Origin: Vicugna vicugna
Taxonomy: Eukaryota
DNA length: 64,000 bases
Direction: 5' to 3'
Assembly: GCA_013265495.1 (NCBI GenBank)
Contig: MU058213.1
Coordinates: forward strand, 7,022,066-7,086,065
In this document: piece after piece, positions 25,905 to 38,470 of the stretch
Layout of the letters: each line of letters begins with the position of its first letter
Numbering within the stretch: position 1 is the stretch's first letter
The notes under the pieces: generated by a model
The model's database searches: none
What the model saw: only the letters and a program-made list of their open reading frames with translations
Told to the model about the DNA's origin: nothing
Position numbers and translations under genes: made by a program

Positions 25905-26338
25905 GATTATTCAGATATTGTTGCAATAAGCCCGCAGAGTGAACAATCTCCAAATCTCAGACACAGAATGGCCAGCATTTACCTCTCATTGATGGGTCTC
26001 TGAGCCGGCTGGGACCATCTGGCCTCAAGCAGTAAGTCAAATGCAGGTGCGTTTCTGGCGTTTCTCCTTCAAGAACCCAGGCTGAAAAACCAATGGCTAC
26101 GATGTGTGTGCTTTCCTCATGGGAGAGAACAGGGGCGCAAAACTGCGGTCAGACATCTGCCAAACCTCATAAGCCTTAGTTCAGAACTGGTATTTGGAAC
26201 GGGTTCTGTTCCATCAGCCAAAGCAAACTATGTGGCTCATCGCAACATCAACAGGGCAGGGAAGTGTATTCCACCCACAGGGAAGCCAGGCAACGGAAGG
26301 GAGGGAGGAACCGTGATGGGCAAACGATATTTACCACA
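25905..26338 (-). mobile_element. MaLR solo LTR (old MLT1)
   Basis: ccatcagccaaagcaaactatgtggctcatcgcaacatcaacagggcagggaagtgtattccaccca...accaca end. Confidence 0.7.
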
Positions 26339-26640
26339 CTGACCATAAACTTAAATCCAAAATGTAACCATGTGTAGGAATGCAACCATATTTCTATTTT
26401 CTTAAAACAAGAAAATGTCCTTTTGAATAATTCAGACATACAAACGATTAGACTTGACCACAGGAACAGAGAGAGCATGTGTATTCTTTATTCTTCGTCC
26501 TGCCCTGTACGAGTCAGTAGTCAGGATTCCTGTGTGCTACCACAGGAGTTAGCACGTGAGGGCATCTTTCAGTTGACTCCTGGGTATACATCTTGAACAC
26601 CAACACTACAGTCAATGTTTTATGGAAAAACAATGACTAG

Positions 26641-27120
26641 TGTATACGTTCTGTCTGCAGCATAACAAATTACCACCGACTCGCAGCTTAAAACAACATA
26701 CGTTTGTCATCTCACAGTTTTCGTGGGTCAGAAAGAGTCCAGGTGCAACTTAGCTGGGGCCCCTGAAAGGCTGTGATCATTACCTGGGTTCTCCTCTGCA
26801 GGCCTTGGCTGAGAAAGATCTGCTTCCAGGCTCACTCAGGTCGTTAGTAGAATTCACATGCTTGTGGTGGTAGGACACATGGTGTCTTGCTTCTTCAAAG
26901 CCAGGAGGGAGGGGACAACTCTTGAGCAATTTTGCTAGCAAAATGGAGCCTCGTATGATGTAATGTAATCACAGGAGTGATACCTCATCACCTCTGCCAT
27001 CTTCTGTTGCTTTGAAATACCTCAAAGGTCCTGCCCACACACTAGAGGTAAGGGTTCTACAAAGGCATAAACACCAGTAGGTATAGATCATGGGGACCAT
27101 CTTAAAGTCTGTCCCTCACA
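26641..27120 (-). mobile_element. MaLR solo LTR (MLT1D-like)
   Basis: tgta...gcataacaaattaccac...gcttaaaacaaca...ggggaccatcttaaagtctgtccctcaca; TG...CA ends. Confidence 0.88.
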
Positions 27121-28699
27121 ACTGGAAACCTAAAAAATACATTCCTAGTGTCCTGCTTTATCCCAACTACGCCCAGCTTCTCTCAGTGGACAGTCCCCCT
27201 CCGTCATGTTCTAGAATTGTATTTACTCAGATGAATCCACATTCACTGGCCAGTCCTATTTCACTTTGTATTTTAAGATCTATTCAGGGTAGGAAACTGG
27301 CCAATGCTGTTCAATCACTGACTGTATTCAGTGTCATTAACACTAGAATGGCCAAGAAATCATTCCAGCCAGAAAAGACCCAAGTACCAATTATTAGACT
27401 GTCATGATTTATGCTGGTGCCTGATGGGACCAACATAAGTCAACTGGTTATGCATGGAAACACAGCCGTTGACTGACAAGAACTATAGCAATGTGACTCA
27501 TACTGTGTCTACCCAGAGCCAAAGCAGTCAGTCAATTCGAAAGGTAGAGACATCCATCAAATAAATGGTTTGGCAGGCTAAATATTTAACAACTGGATGA
27601 TAGTTGGCATTTTCACTTTTCATTCAGTCACACAGACATGGTCTCAAGTAAAAGCAATAACTGAAATTTAGAGTAGCTTTCCTTTTCCTAAAAGTCATTC
27701 ATCCCAAAACATTTGTTGCCTACTGTGAGCTAGGTACTTTGCTTACTGTTGGGAATATACAGAGAGAAGACTGAAATAGTGGTAGGAAGGAAAATTATTC
27801 CTCAAACTCTCTCCTGACATAACGTTACCCACCCTGCTAATTAGCGATTTTCTCGTAGCCATCAGAACCCAGCGACCATCCCCGCCAGCTCCTTTTCCCA
27901 GTATTTCTTATAGGTCAGAAAACCCTAATATTTAATCAAAAATTGCTTTGTTGTGGCAAAACCTCAATACCTATACATCTCATTGACTCCAAAGAGTAAC
28001 CAGAATGATAAAAAAATTGATACTTATCAAAACACTGATTGATAGAAAAATCCATATGATAAAAATGTATTACTACGACGCCCATTATAATATCCGAGGT
28101 TAAGAACACTCTGTGTTCTACAAACACATGACAGCCCAAGATCACTTAAAACAAACCCAAGCAGGTCCAATACAAATGCTCCAAGTTACCATAAACAGGA
28201 AATGCCACGCGGACAGAGACAACCTTGGACCACTTGGCCCTTTCGTTCCCCCATACTCTTTCTGGAAGTAGTTTTATACATTCCCACGGCTTTTATGTAC
28301 CAAATCCTTAGAGAGCAAATAGATAGCTAGCTTACTTTAATAATCATTTATCATCAGCTTGATATGGGGGGGAGAAATAAACTCTTGACAAATACCAAGG
28401 ACTCTATTCTTAAAGCCCCTTTATTCTCAAGGACTCCTTTATTCTTATCCAATGGTTCCTGAAAAACTCCCTTTTTCAAGGATACTTTTTTCAAACACAA
28501 TCAATAATCCACAGTCAACTTTGTAATATCTTTGGGAACCAGGACCTTTTCAGCTTTGGGGTTTTGAAGATAAAATGCATTCCTTTAGGCCAATGATTTA
28601 AATTTTTTCATTTGTTGGAATATTAATCAGGTTATTAATACACTATCTGCTCTTTGATAGATCGTGGAAAGCCAATAAACAGCTTTTCAAGTTATTAGT

Positions 28700-29105
28700 T
28701 CTGGAATTTCAAAGTTGAAATGAGTATTAAACACATCTGGTCCAGCCCCACCCAGAGCTTGGGTCTCCATAGCAACATCTGTAACATGTGGTTGTCCAGC
28801 CCTTGCTCCAACAGCCCCAGCAATGGGGAACTCACTGCCTTGTGACAGGGATCATTCTAGCTTCTTACACCACCTTAAAAATGTCTTCCTTATGCCAGTC
28901 TGTTCTTCTATCCTGAAGCTTTAATTTCCAATTCTAGTTATAGCCCTTTGAGTCTCACTGGATAAATCTAATCCCTTCATGTGACAGTCCTCCAAACAGT
29001 TGAAGTCCCCTACCATGTTCTGAACACCCTCTCCTAAAGACGTTCAGTTCCTTGAACAGTTCCTTCACAGCACATGTTATTGGTTCTAACACCATCCTGG
29101 TTTCT
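28700..29105 (-). mobile_element. CR1/L3 LINE 3' relic
   Basis: gtccagcccttgctccaacagccccagcaatggggaactcactgcctt...ataaatctaatcccttcatgtgacagtcctccaaacagttgaag is antisense L3. Confidence 0.75.
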
Positions 29106-31659
29106 GATCTCTCTATCAGTGGAATTCAACCAAGATTTTTTAGCAGTCATTCTTGTGATCAGTAAGAAATGAAAGGGTAAATTGCTAAAGCAACTGCGCC
29201 CAGGATGAAGGATAACTTTCTACATTATTTTGTGCCACACAATGGGAAGAAACGAACGATACTCAAGTGAGTATTCTCCTCCTGTCACTGTGATAAACCA
29301 CATGATCCACGATGGATTAAGGGCTGAGAACCATTGCTTTAAATACACCCCAGTTCACCTGCATTCTCTGAAAAGTGTAACAGCTAGAGCTGAATACAAA
29401 AACCAAGAGGTGAGTTAGCTAGGACAATACAGATGTGTCCATTAAATGAATATGTTCTCCTTTTTCTACTCCTGACTGCTCTTCACAACTTAGTTAAAGT
29501 CTTTACCTCTTATATGAAACCCTTCAACTGGAAGAGATAAATTCTGAATTCCCAAAGTGCTTCCCTTGGATCGGGCCTAACCTGCTCTCCAAGGTCCTCA
29601 ACTTCCAGTCACGTGTCTTTAGACAGAGATCATGATCTTTCCTGAGTACAACTTTCTAACACATAATATGGGGTTTCTTCTTTCTCACCAGGCAACTCCA
29701 AATTTAACATAGTACTTGGCAATGTTAATTCATTACCTTTCTTTGCTCTAAACCTTGCTCAGAACAATGAGCTGCTAAACTCCAAATACAGGGCATGCCC
29801 AGAATAATGGGCCCAGGAGAGAAGACATTGCTGTAAAAAGCTGAAATTAATAAGAGTCAACATAAAATGACCGCACTGGCCATCTGTGGAAATCATCCTA
29901 ATAAGTTACCCACAGTTAGAGATGACTTGTGACATAAGACTAAGGTGCCATCCCCAAATTTCTCTGTAACACATCAGTCCAAATACTATCATCAGATGCT
30001 CTACAAAGTTACCACATGCCTTGCCTTGAAGAAATATAAGGACAAAGGCTTCAAGTTTATAATAAAATTACTGTCCACAAGACTGCAGCTCTAACTCTAC
30101 ATAACACTAACCTCTGTGACAGACATGACCTTGGACTGGAGAAGGGCAATTTATCAAGTTATCACTCAAGAATATTCAATTTCTCTCCTCAAACTTGGGA
30201 CATGGCAAGCAACCTTCTCACCCGTAATACAATCTCCTGAGTGTACAAACACAAAGGAGAGTGCCTGGTGTGGAGGGCTGATACCAGTCACACTCACCCG
30301 TTGCCAGTGAATACATCATCACGCCAGTTTATGAATCCGTCTCCTGAGTGGCTTTGTGCATGTGAATTGACTTCTCAGCCTAATTCCCTCTGGGAAAATG
30401 AATTGAGTTCTGTTCTTACAAAGCTGAGTGACACACTCTGTGCTGTGAAGACTCCCACACCGCCACTGACTCTAAATGCCCTGGATCCTCTAACAATACC
30501 CACGTGGTGGTGCCTCATCACCCATGCAGATGGGCACCTTGAAACCCCTTTCCACCCACCAGACCCTCCTCTGCCCAACCTACAAGTGCTGCTCCCTCCA
30601 AAGGAGGAGGAGTTAATTACTGCTTTGGTCAAATTCAGACATTTATCAGGGCACTGACATGACAGGACAGGGGTGCTGTCCTTAGCAGCCCAACTGATGC
30701 TCCCTCTACTCTCTTCCCCCATTCACCTGGCTCTCAAATATGGCCACCCTCTGAGATAGGAGTATACCTGGGACTACAGACCCAATCACCTTCCACTCTA
30801 CTCCCACAGGCTCAATAGAATATACTGGTTTCAATACTCAATTTGGTGATAAGGTAGGTAGGGAGTTTTGAACAGCATAGAATGTATGATTTTGACCTTA
30901 AGCCTAAGCCACATTTTTCTTCTTAACTTTCATCACGGAATCTTAGGAAAACCCTAGCCACTTAAACCCCAAAAACATACCAACTGGTTTTCATTTATTA
31001 GTCTAGTTTTCTCAGATAGAATGCCATCTCCTTGAAGGTGAGATGGATGTTCTAGATTCTTCCTTTAACTTTTGTTTTCTTTCATAGCACCCAGTACTAA
31101 ATATTTGTTCAGTGACGTCATTTGCCCTTCACTTGGTATAGGTATTTTACTTATGCCTTAAGCCTCTGATGTTTTCTCACTAGCCCAAATCAATGAATGT
31201 AGTTGGGTTCTTGGTGCCAATCCAGTCATAATACAAATGCAACATAGAACCTGAACTTGTGGGACAAGGACTAATTACAAGGTAATCATCCCAGTGACCC
31301 AAAGTACAGTTATACTAAGATTTTCTAATAAAAATAAGCTAAAATCTTTTAAATTCTTACAAAAAAAAGCACAGCTCCCCTAAAATTCATTTGAAAACTC
31401 TAGTTTGAAAAACACTGACCAATACACAGAATAAATCACAGGTGATGAGTAGATACAGATAATGGGTAAAGAGGTGTCAGATACTCCCACCCTCAAAATA
31501 CACACATTACTTGAACTCCAAGGACCAAAGCGAATTCATATTCATGAGGTAGAAGGAGACAGGAAGCTTGGGGAGAGGACTAACCAGGGCAACAAAGGAG
31601 ACCCAAGTCAGACCTCTTGCCATGGCTTCCTGACTCTGGCCTCAGTTACTAGCCTAATG

Positions 31660-31862
31660 CTGCTGGGCATGTGGTTGGGAGCAGGCTCTGCAGCGAGACT
31701 GCCTGTGTTCCAATCCCAGCTCTGCACCACCAGCCATGGCCATGGGAAATTTACTGGACCTCTCAAGCCTCCCCTTCCCCATCTGTAGTATTGGGATTAC
31801 AACTGTTCGTTTATGCACGTGAACGACAGTGTCTGACACACAGTCAGCATACAGCAAATTAT
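31660..31862 (+). mobile_element. MIR SINE
   Basis: gcaggctctgcagcgagactgcctgtgttccaatcccagctctgcaccac...ccatctgtagtattgggatt. Confidence 0.8.
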
Positions 31863-31989
31863 CCTGGGGTCTTGACTCCTACTGCCATCCTAGTCCTAAG
31901 CCACTCTTCAGACCTCCCTGTCAAAAGGGAAGAGGACTCCTCTCGCTTAGGCTAATCCTTCCTTCTCAGCCCTGGACTCTACCACTGCG

Positions 31990-33205
31990 CCTCCCTCCCT
32001 CCTTGCAGACACACTCGGCCGGTTGCCTCCTCCTCTCTGTCTGCTAGACACGTCCAATCAGCATCCCGATGCCCTCCTCCACCTTAAAATCTCCTCCATC
32101 AACTGTCTCTCCACTGCCTGCCTCCATGCCTTCTCTTCTTCAGAGACACTAATAGAAAAAGTGGTCTATCATTTTTCAAAGGCCAACTCATAAAAGGTGA
32201 TCTCCAACTCCTACCCTTCTGTTCACCTCTCCGTCCCGCAGCCTAGAGACTGACTCACACCCCACTGAAACTGCTCTCAACGAGGCTGATAATGCTTCCC
32301 AGATGCCAAATCCGATGACCCCGTGTCACTGACAATTCTGTGCTTGCAGCAGCGTTAGTGTACTGAGCCCTCTCTCCAAAGGTTCCATTCCCTAGGATTT
32401 CATGCTACCGCATTCTCCTTATTTTCCTTCTACCTCCTGAGTCTCCTTTGAGGGCACCTGCTCTCTGCTCGACCTCTAAACACTGATACTTTTCAGGGCT
32501 CAAACTCTGACCGTCTTCTCATCTGTCTGCTTGCATGCTGAATTTACCACCTTCCTCAATCAGTTTATACTTCCAAATTTTACATCTCCAGCCCTCTCTT
32601 AAATTCCAGATCACCAATCCTCAGCCAAATGCCTGTGTATCTTCACTGGAACAACCTACAAACATCTCAAATTCAACATACCCAAAATTCAATTTCTAAA
32701 TTTCCTTCCAAAACCTGCTAGTCCTCCGGCCTTCCCTATGCCCATATCTGGCAAAACAAAAATGTGTTTTTTCATTTGAGAGTGTGGTTTTTCAAAGCAC
32801 ACACATGTACAGACACACATCAAAATCTTTAGCAGGATTATTCAGAAGTACTTGAAATGTTTTTAAAGGGCCCGGAAAAGGAAGGAATCTCTCTGCCTTT
32901 CTTCTACTTAAAAGCAGACTCCCAGCTCGTTCTCTATGAGACTTATCTTTTCACCTCAAGACTCATCCCTACATATCACTTCCTCCAAGAAGGCTTCTCT
33001 GAGCCCCTGAGAGCAAGGTCTTCTCCATGAACCCCAAGTTCCCTATTTCAACCACTGCAATGTTGGGTATCTTACAATCTCAGTAACTCAGTATCATCAC
33101 CACCAGTTAACAGGGCTTTCTCCCTCACCAGGAATTGAGCCACTGCTTTAGTTATCTTTGTAATTCCAGTGCCTGACATAAACAACTGCTTAATAACGTC
33201 AGCAG
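31990..33205 (+). mobile_element. L2 LINE fragments
   Basis: Pyrimidine-rich L2 motifs ccactgaaactgctctc, catctccagccctctc, aacatctcaaattcaacatacccaaa, tcacttcctccaagaaggcttctctga. Confidence 0.82.
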
Positions 33206-33269
33206 AACGAAGGGGTGGCCAATATTGCTAATAAACGTGGACTAGGCAGGAGAGCTGATGGTTTACTTT

Positions 33270-33460
33270 AGAGGCACAGCATTTTAGCCTAGATTCTAAC
33301 TATGACTCATCATGTGACCTTGGCACCGTCACTTCCTAAGCCTAGGTTTTTGAATCTTTCAAGGAAATCAAAACAGCAATATCACCTTCCTCAGAGGGCC
33401 ATTGGGACAATTAAATGAGGTGAAGTTTACAACATATCTTAGCAGACAGTAGGTTCTATA
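33270..33460 (+). mobile_element. MIR SINE
   Basis: catgtgaccttggcaccgtcacttcctaagcctaggttt...attaaatgagg. Confidence 0.7.
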
Positions 33461-34667
33461 ACACTGGGGAATCTATTAAGGGTGGACAAAAGGCAATGGA
33501 GCAGGGGAGGGAGTTAGAAAGAGGAAACTGGAAAAGTTTCATTCATGTGCTATAAACTCCAGTTCACATGTCTCCTCCATTTTGAAAATGGCAAGTGTCA
33601 AGATGACAAGAATAATCTAAAGGATGATTCGCTAATAATGGGACCAGGGGTTAATGGAGCACCAGTGGGAAGAGGCACTTCGTAGAGATATGGATAGAAC
33701 AGTGGTGTCTCTTCAGACATTTGTGGAGCCTGAGCTTTCTCAAGGAGGTGAGGGGAAGGACCAAAGACCGTGGGCACTGTAATTTGTTTTCTCCCTGAAA
33801 AAGATCATGATGCTCTAACTAATCCAAGTGGAACTGAAATGGTTAATGTCACAAAGCAGCTCAGCATTCATTAGGGATTCAGGCTAAGGCAACGCACAAG
33901 CACTAATATTAACTATGGTTCTTAGCCTTTGGAGTTGGAGAGATGAACCCAGCTTCCTACAGACCAAACACTTACGCTAATTGAAGAGAAACTTTCTGAA
34001 AAAACAAAAAAAAGGCAGCCAAATCTGAGAGACCTGCCAACTCCAGGGTCATCAGCGAAGTGATAACCAGGAAAGAGCTAAAATCAAAGGCTGTGTCTGC
34101 CTCCCTCTGCACACTCTGTTCAGTGAGAGCCCATGGTGGTCACAGCTCCTTTAACAATATTTATAATGAAGGAACGACGCTGGAGATGTCAACCTTGATT
34201 ATTCATAAAGCTTCCTCCTGCTCAGATCCACCCTGGGGCTAACAGTAAAAGTACCTGATTCCCAATTCTCAAACACAAAAGCATACAGAGCTTGAAAGAG
34301 AAGCTGACTAATACAGTTTGCATATCCCTAAGAAAAAGAGCACACAAGGAAGAAGAAAAGGAATGGCAAGATTAAACAAAAACAGTAAGCTTGGATGGGA
34401 AATGATAAAAATTTTAAAAGGCAAGAACTTAAATCTATTTTCCTCCCCCCCCCCTTTTTTAGAACGTCCTTGTTCATTTACATTTCAGTATAAGCCATTT
34501 GGAGGAAACAGCTATTTTATCTCCCGACTAGAATGCTGAGGTGCTTTGAACACTTACTGTGGGAGCATAATGTTGCTAAACTCTGTTCTGGAGAGTAGTC
34601 TAGTGGCTTTTAACTGTGACGAGAGGCAGGCAGAGGCCTTCATCTCTGGTTCTATTAGACAAGGAGG

Positions 34668-34938
34668 CCTCAGAGCAGAGGCTCCGAGGACACACTTAGG
34701 TGACCAGCGTAGGGGGAAGAGTCCCAGGCCAGCTCTGGAGTCTACACTCAGGCTCTCCAGCTCTGTGACCTGCTTATTCATTTGAGCATCCTTCCTCAGT
34801 TTCCTCATTTGTAAGATGGGACTAATAATACCATCTCCTCCCAGGGCTGCTGAGAACATTTAATTGAATAAGGAAAATAAAGCCCAGAGCCAGGATTATA
34901 GCGAGCACTTAATAAATGCCACTTATTTACTGTTATTA
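34668..34938 (+). mobile_element. MIR SINE, near full length
   Basis: cctcagtttcctcatttgtaagatgggactaataataccatctc...gagcacttaataaatg...tattacc. Confidence 0.85.
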
Positions 34939-35019
34939 CCAATCCTGACAAGATCTGTCGAGTAGACATTAAACAGTTTGCTTTTGGATTTGGTGACTTT
35001 AATAGAGCTTTTGAGCTTA

Positions 35020-35280
35020 CGGTAACGACATGCTGACTGTCAAATATCTTAATTCTTCTCTCCTTCTGGGCACAGGTTGCACTAGGATTATACTTCCTGG
35101 TCTACTAGGTTTGGGTGGGGTCATGTGACTAGTTCTGGCCAACAGCTGTGAGAGGAAGTATCATGTGACACTTTGAGGCTAGTGACAGGCAAAATCTTCC
35201 AGAGCTCTCTTCCCAATGCCATGACACCTGCAAATGTTCAAAATGATGGACTAGTCCATCAATCTGGGCTCTGAGGTTCA
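35020..35280 (+). mobile_element. MaLR LTR fragment (MLT1I/J-like)
   Basis: ggggtcatgtgactagttctggccaacagctgtgagaggaagt. Confidence 0.75.
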
Positions 35281-35409
35281 CAAGCCTCTTGAATTTTGGC
35301 TGATTTAACATCTTTTCTCATTTTTGGAAACCACTGGTTAGTAGTTCTGATATTGGTTCTGCCCCATTATCTCTGTTGCCTGTGACCACCAGAGACATGA
35401 ATGGGGCGT

Positions 35410-35860
35410 TCCTGCAACAAATGTTCACAACTAGTTGAAAATTAAAAACAACCTCAAGATTCATCAATAAGAGGATGGCTAAACTGAATTCTGTTCATTT
35501 GGTGAAATATTACACACTAATTAAAATACTGAACCAACCATACATAAATCAACTCACACAAATCACAAAAACCTAATTAGAAAAAAGTATGTTTTTTAAC
35601 ACACACAAAAAAAAACTACGTAGGTTTAAAGGCACATAAAAATGTAGTTAAAAATATTCAAACACACATGAGTATGATAAATAAAAAATCAGAGTAGAGG
35701 TGGCTTCTGAAGAAAAAAAAGCACTGGGATCAGAGGTGAGTATTAACTCTAAATTTAACATTGTATTACTCGGGAAAAGAAGGAAAAGAAAAATACAAAG
35801 TACTTATCACAAAAAGATCATTGTAACTGCATATGCTTGGAATTTCTCATAATTTTTAAA
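35410..35860 (+). mobile_element. Old L1 (L1ME-like) 3' fragment
   Basis: aaaaacaacctcaagattcatcaataagaggatggctaaactgaattctg. Confidence 0.6.
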
Positions 35861-35889
35861 CCATGAACATATAAAGGTACATGCCAAGG

Positions 35890-36410
35890 CACGTTCTGCT
35901 GAACAACAAAGAGGAGATCATGAACATAGTTTCTTTAAAAAGGTACTTCTTATATCAGTCCAGCCTCTACAGAGATCCAAAGCTACGATGGGTCAGACAA
36001 GACCGAAGCCTCTCTTCCGTGATCACAGTCAAGGAGCTGCTCCTCCAGGGCTAGTGGCACAGTCCTGCCATCTTCAACCCAGGGTTTCCATTAACAAGGT
36101 GGACAGATGCTGTGACAGCCTCCATCACAACTACAGACCAGCCAATGGGAGAGCAAGAAAATGTCAAGGAGACTGTACTTCATTCTTTTTAAGGGCATAA
36201 ACATGAAACTGCCACACATTTCTCCTTGTTACATCTTGCTGGCGAGAATTTTACTGCATGACCACGACTTGTAAGGGAATGTGAGAGACATACTCTCTGG
36301 CTGTGAAACCACACACATAGCTAAACTTTACAGTTACTATTATTACTATCTCTCATTACAGGAAGAAGAAAAGAATGGAGATAGCTGGACCACTAGCTGC
36401 CTCTGTCACA
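35890..36410 (-). mobile_element. MaLR solo LTR (old MLT1)
   Basis: acatcttgctggcgagaattttactgcatgaccac...aagaatggagatagctggaccactagctgcctctgtcaca. Confidence 0.7.
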
Positions 36411-36945
36411 GGATGGATTAAGCAGTGCCATGACCGAGGCGCAGGAGGAACATTTACAAACGGGAAATCTGTCCTCTGTCTTCATCTTGGGATCCAACTT
36501 CACAAAAAGTCCTGGCTCATCTTTCTTTGCATAGCTTCCTAGCTCTAGTCATACTCAGCTGCCCATCATTCCATAAGCACCTTCCAAGAGCTAGATACTC
36601 TGTGAGGAGTTGGAGGTTCAAAGATAGAATGACGTGCTGGCCTGAAGGGAGTCCTCTGGCTCGAGCACCTGGCTCTGCATTTGGCCCTGTGATGTTTAGC
36701 AGTTTTTTTCAGACAAGATGAAGGCAGACAAGGCATCTTCAACCCATTTCCAGATAACACCAAGACAGAAGAGGCAAGTTTGCGGATGTCAAGGATGAGA
36801 ATTCAGAGAAAAGTAAATATGCTAAAATCAGTAAGATAAAATAAAATGGGGAAACATGGAAAGCCAGTCAAGTAAATCTGTTCAAATAATTTCCTCATAG
36901 GGAAATTCTGCTAAAAGTGTTTGCTACTCAGAATACTTATTTCTT

Positions 36946-37274
36946 TTTTTTTCCATTGAAATATAGTTTATTTACAAGGTTGTGTTAGTTTCAGGTGTAC
37001 AGCAAAGTGATTCAGTTACACATATATATGTATATATATTCTTTTTCAGATTCTTCTCCATTATAGGTTATTACAAGATATGGAATATAGTTCCTTGTGC
37101 TGTACAGTAGGACCTTGTTGTTCATTTATCTTATATATAGTGCTGTGCATCTGTTAATCCCAAACTCCTAATTTGTCCCACCCTCTCCCCTTTGGTAACC
37201 ATACATTTGTTTCTTATGTCTATGAGTCTATTTCTGTTTTGTAAATAAGTTCATCTGTATCATTTTTAGATTCC
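36946..37274 (-). mobile_element. L1 3' end (cetartiodactyl type)
   Basis: T tail, then gtttcaggtgtacagcaaagtgattcagtta...tttagattcc; flanked by cagaatactt copies. Confidence 0.93.
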
Positions 37275-37284
37275 CAGAATACTT

Positions 37285-37909
37285 TTTTTTTTTGGCTGTA
37301 CCAAGAAGATGGAATTTTATTTGCTAGGAAATCAAGAACCATTTCGGGTTTCCAAGTAGAAGCATGATTAATCTGGGAGCAGTTTTAAAGAGCAGTTACA
37401 AACTCAAATGCCTGTAAGTGCCAAGCAAGTAACTAGCAAAGTGGAGAGGATATGGCAGGGAGGATGCCTTTTCCAGGGGACTGTTGCTGTTCCATGCTTT
37501 AGGAATGCAGCTTCTCACTGTACTGCAGGTTGACTGTTCCCTTGTGCACACGAGCTTTATTGTCACTGATTACACCTGGATACCATGTGTGCCCGTCAAC
37601 ATTGATTTGTAATTATTGTTTTATGTAGCTGTCTTTTAAATCACATAGAAAAAAGGAAAAAGCAAATACACATGAATGCTGACTTTTACATTTATCTATG
37701 CAGTACCTGTGCTAGTGTTTCTAGCTCTTCGCCTGGATAAAGCTACTGATGGAATCCTTTCATTTCAGCATGAAGGGCTCCCTGCAGGACTTCTCACAGG
37801 GCAGGCTACACAGGACAGACTCTCCCAGTATTTTAGATCCGGGAATGTCTTAATTTCTCTTTCACTTTTGAAGAACAGTTTTGCTGAACACAGAATTCTT
37901 AGTTGACAG
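37285..37909 (-). other. Polyadenylated retrocopy (orphan transduction-like) made of old L1M, hAT and L2-like fragments
   Basis: On - strand, AATAAA (37316-37321) lies 22 nt before A11 (37283-37293); cagaatactt direct repeats at 37275 and 37910. Confidence 0.65.
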
Positions 37910-38089
37910 CAGAATACTTAGTTCTTATAAAGCACCCTGGAAAATATCCAGAGTAGGAGGACCACCATTTCCCAGTGCTCAATCAGCAAAACAAACCTGA
38001 ATCCATTTTCCATGGTGATGGCAACCACTTTAAATAGAATGGGTGGCTACTTACCTTCTTTCTTCATTACTGTTCTATTCTGCAAGGAC

Positions 38090-38470
38090 TGCCCATTCAC
38101 TGAACTCTATCTTCTCTGAACACACAGCTACATTTCTCTACAAATATCCTTCCAGAAATGCTATTTCATAGTACCTGTTCATCTTTGTCTTTTTACAAGT
38201 ACTAACCAAGATTAGATGCAGCTTCCAGACTATACTATGACCATCCTTAACCAACACAGGTCACCCCTTGACTAATATTCATACAGCCTACTGTCCTTCT
38301 CCCGAACTTTCATCACCATTATAGTTCATCATGTCAATAATCTTCAGTGTTTGTAAGCTCCATGGCTGACTGACTCATTACTCTATCTCCAGGGCCTCCT
38401 ACAGAGCTGGCCCTTAGTGGGCCCAGAATAAATATTTCTAGAAAGAGTGAATGAATGAATGAAAAAATAA
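38090..38470 (+). mobile_element. L2 3' end
   Basis: tgtaagctccatgg...aataaatatttc...tgaatgaatgaatgaa terminal repeat. Confidence 0.8.
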
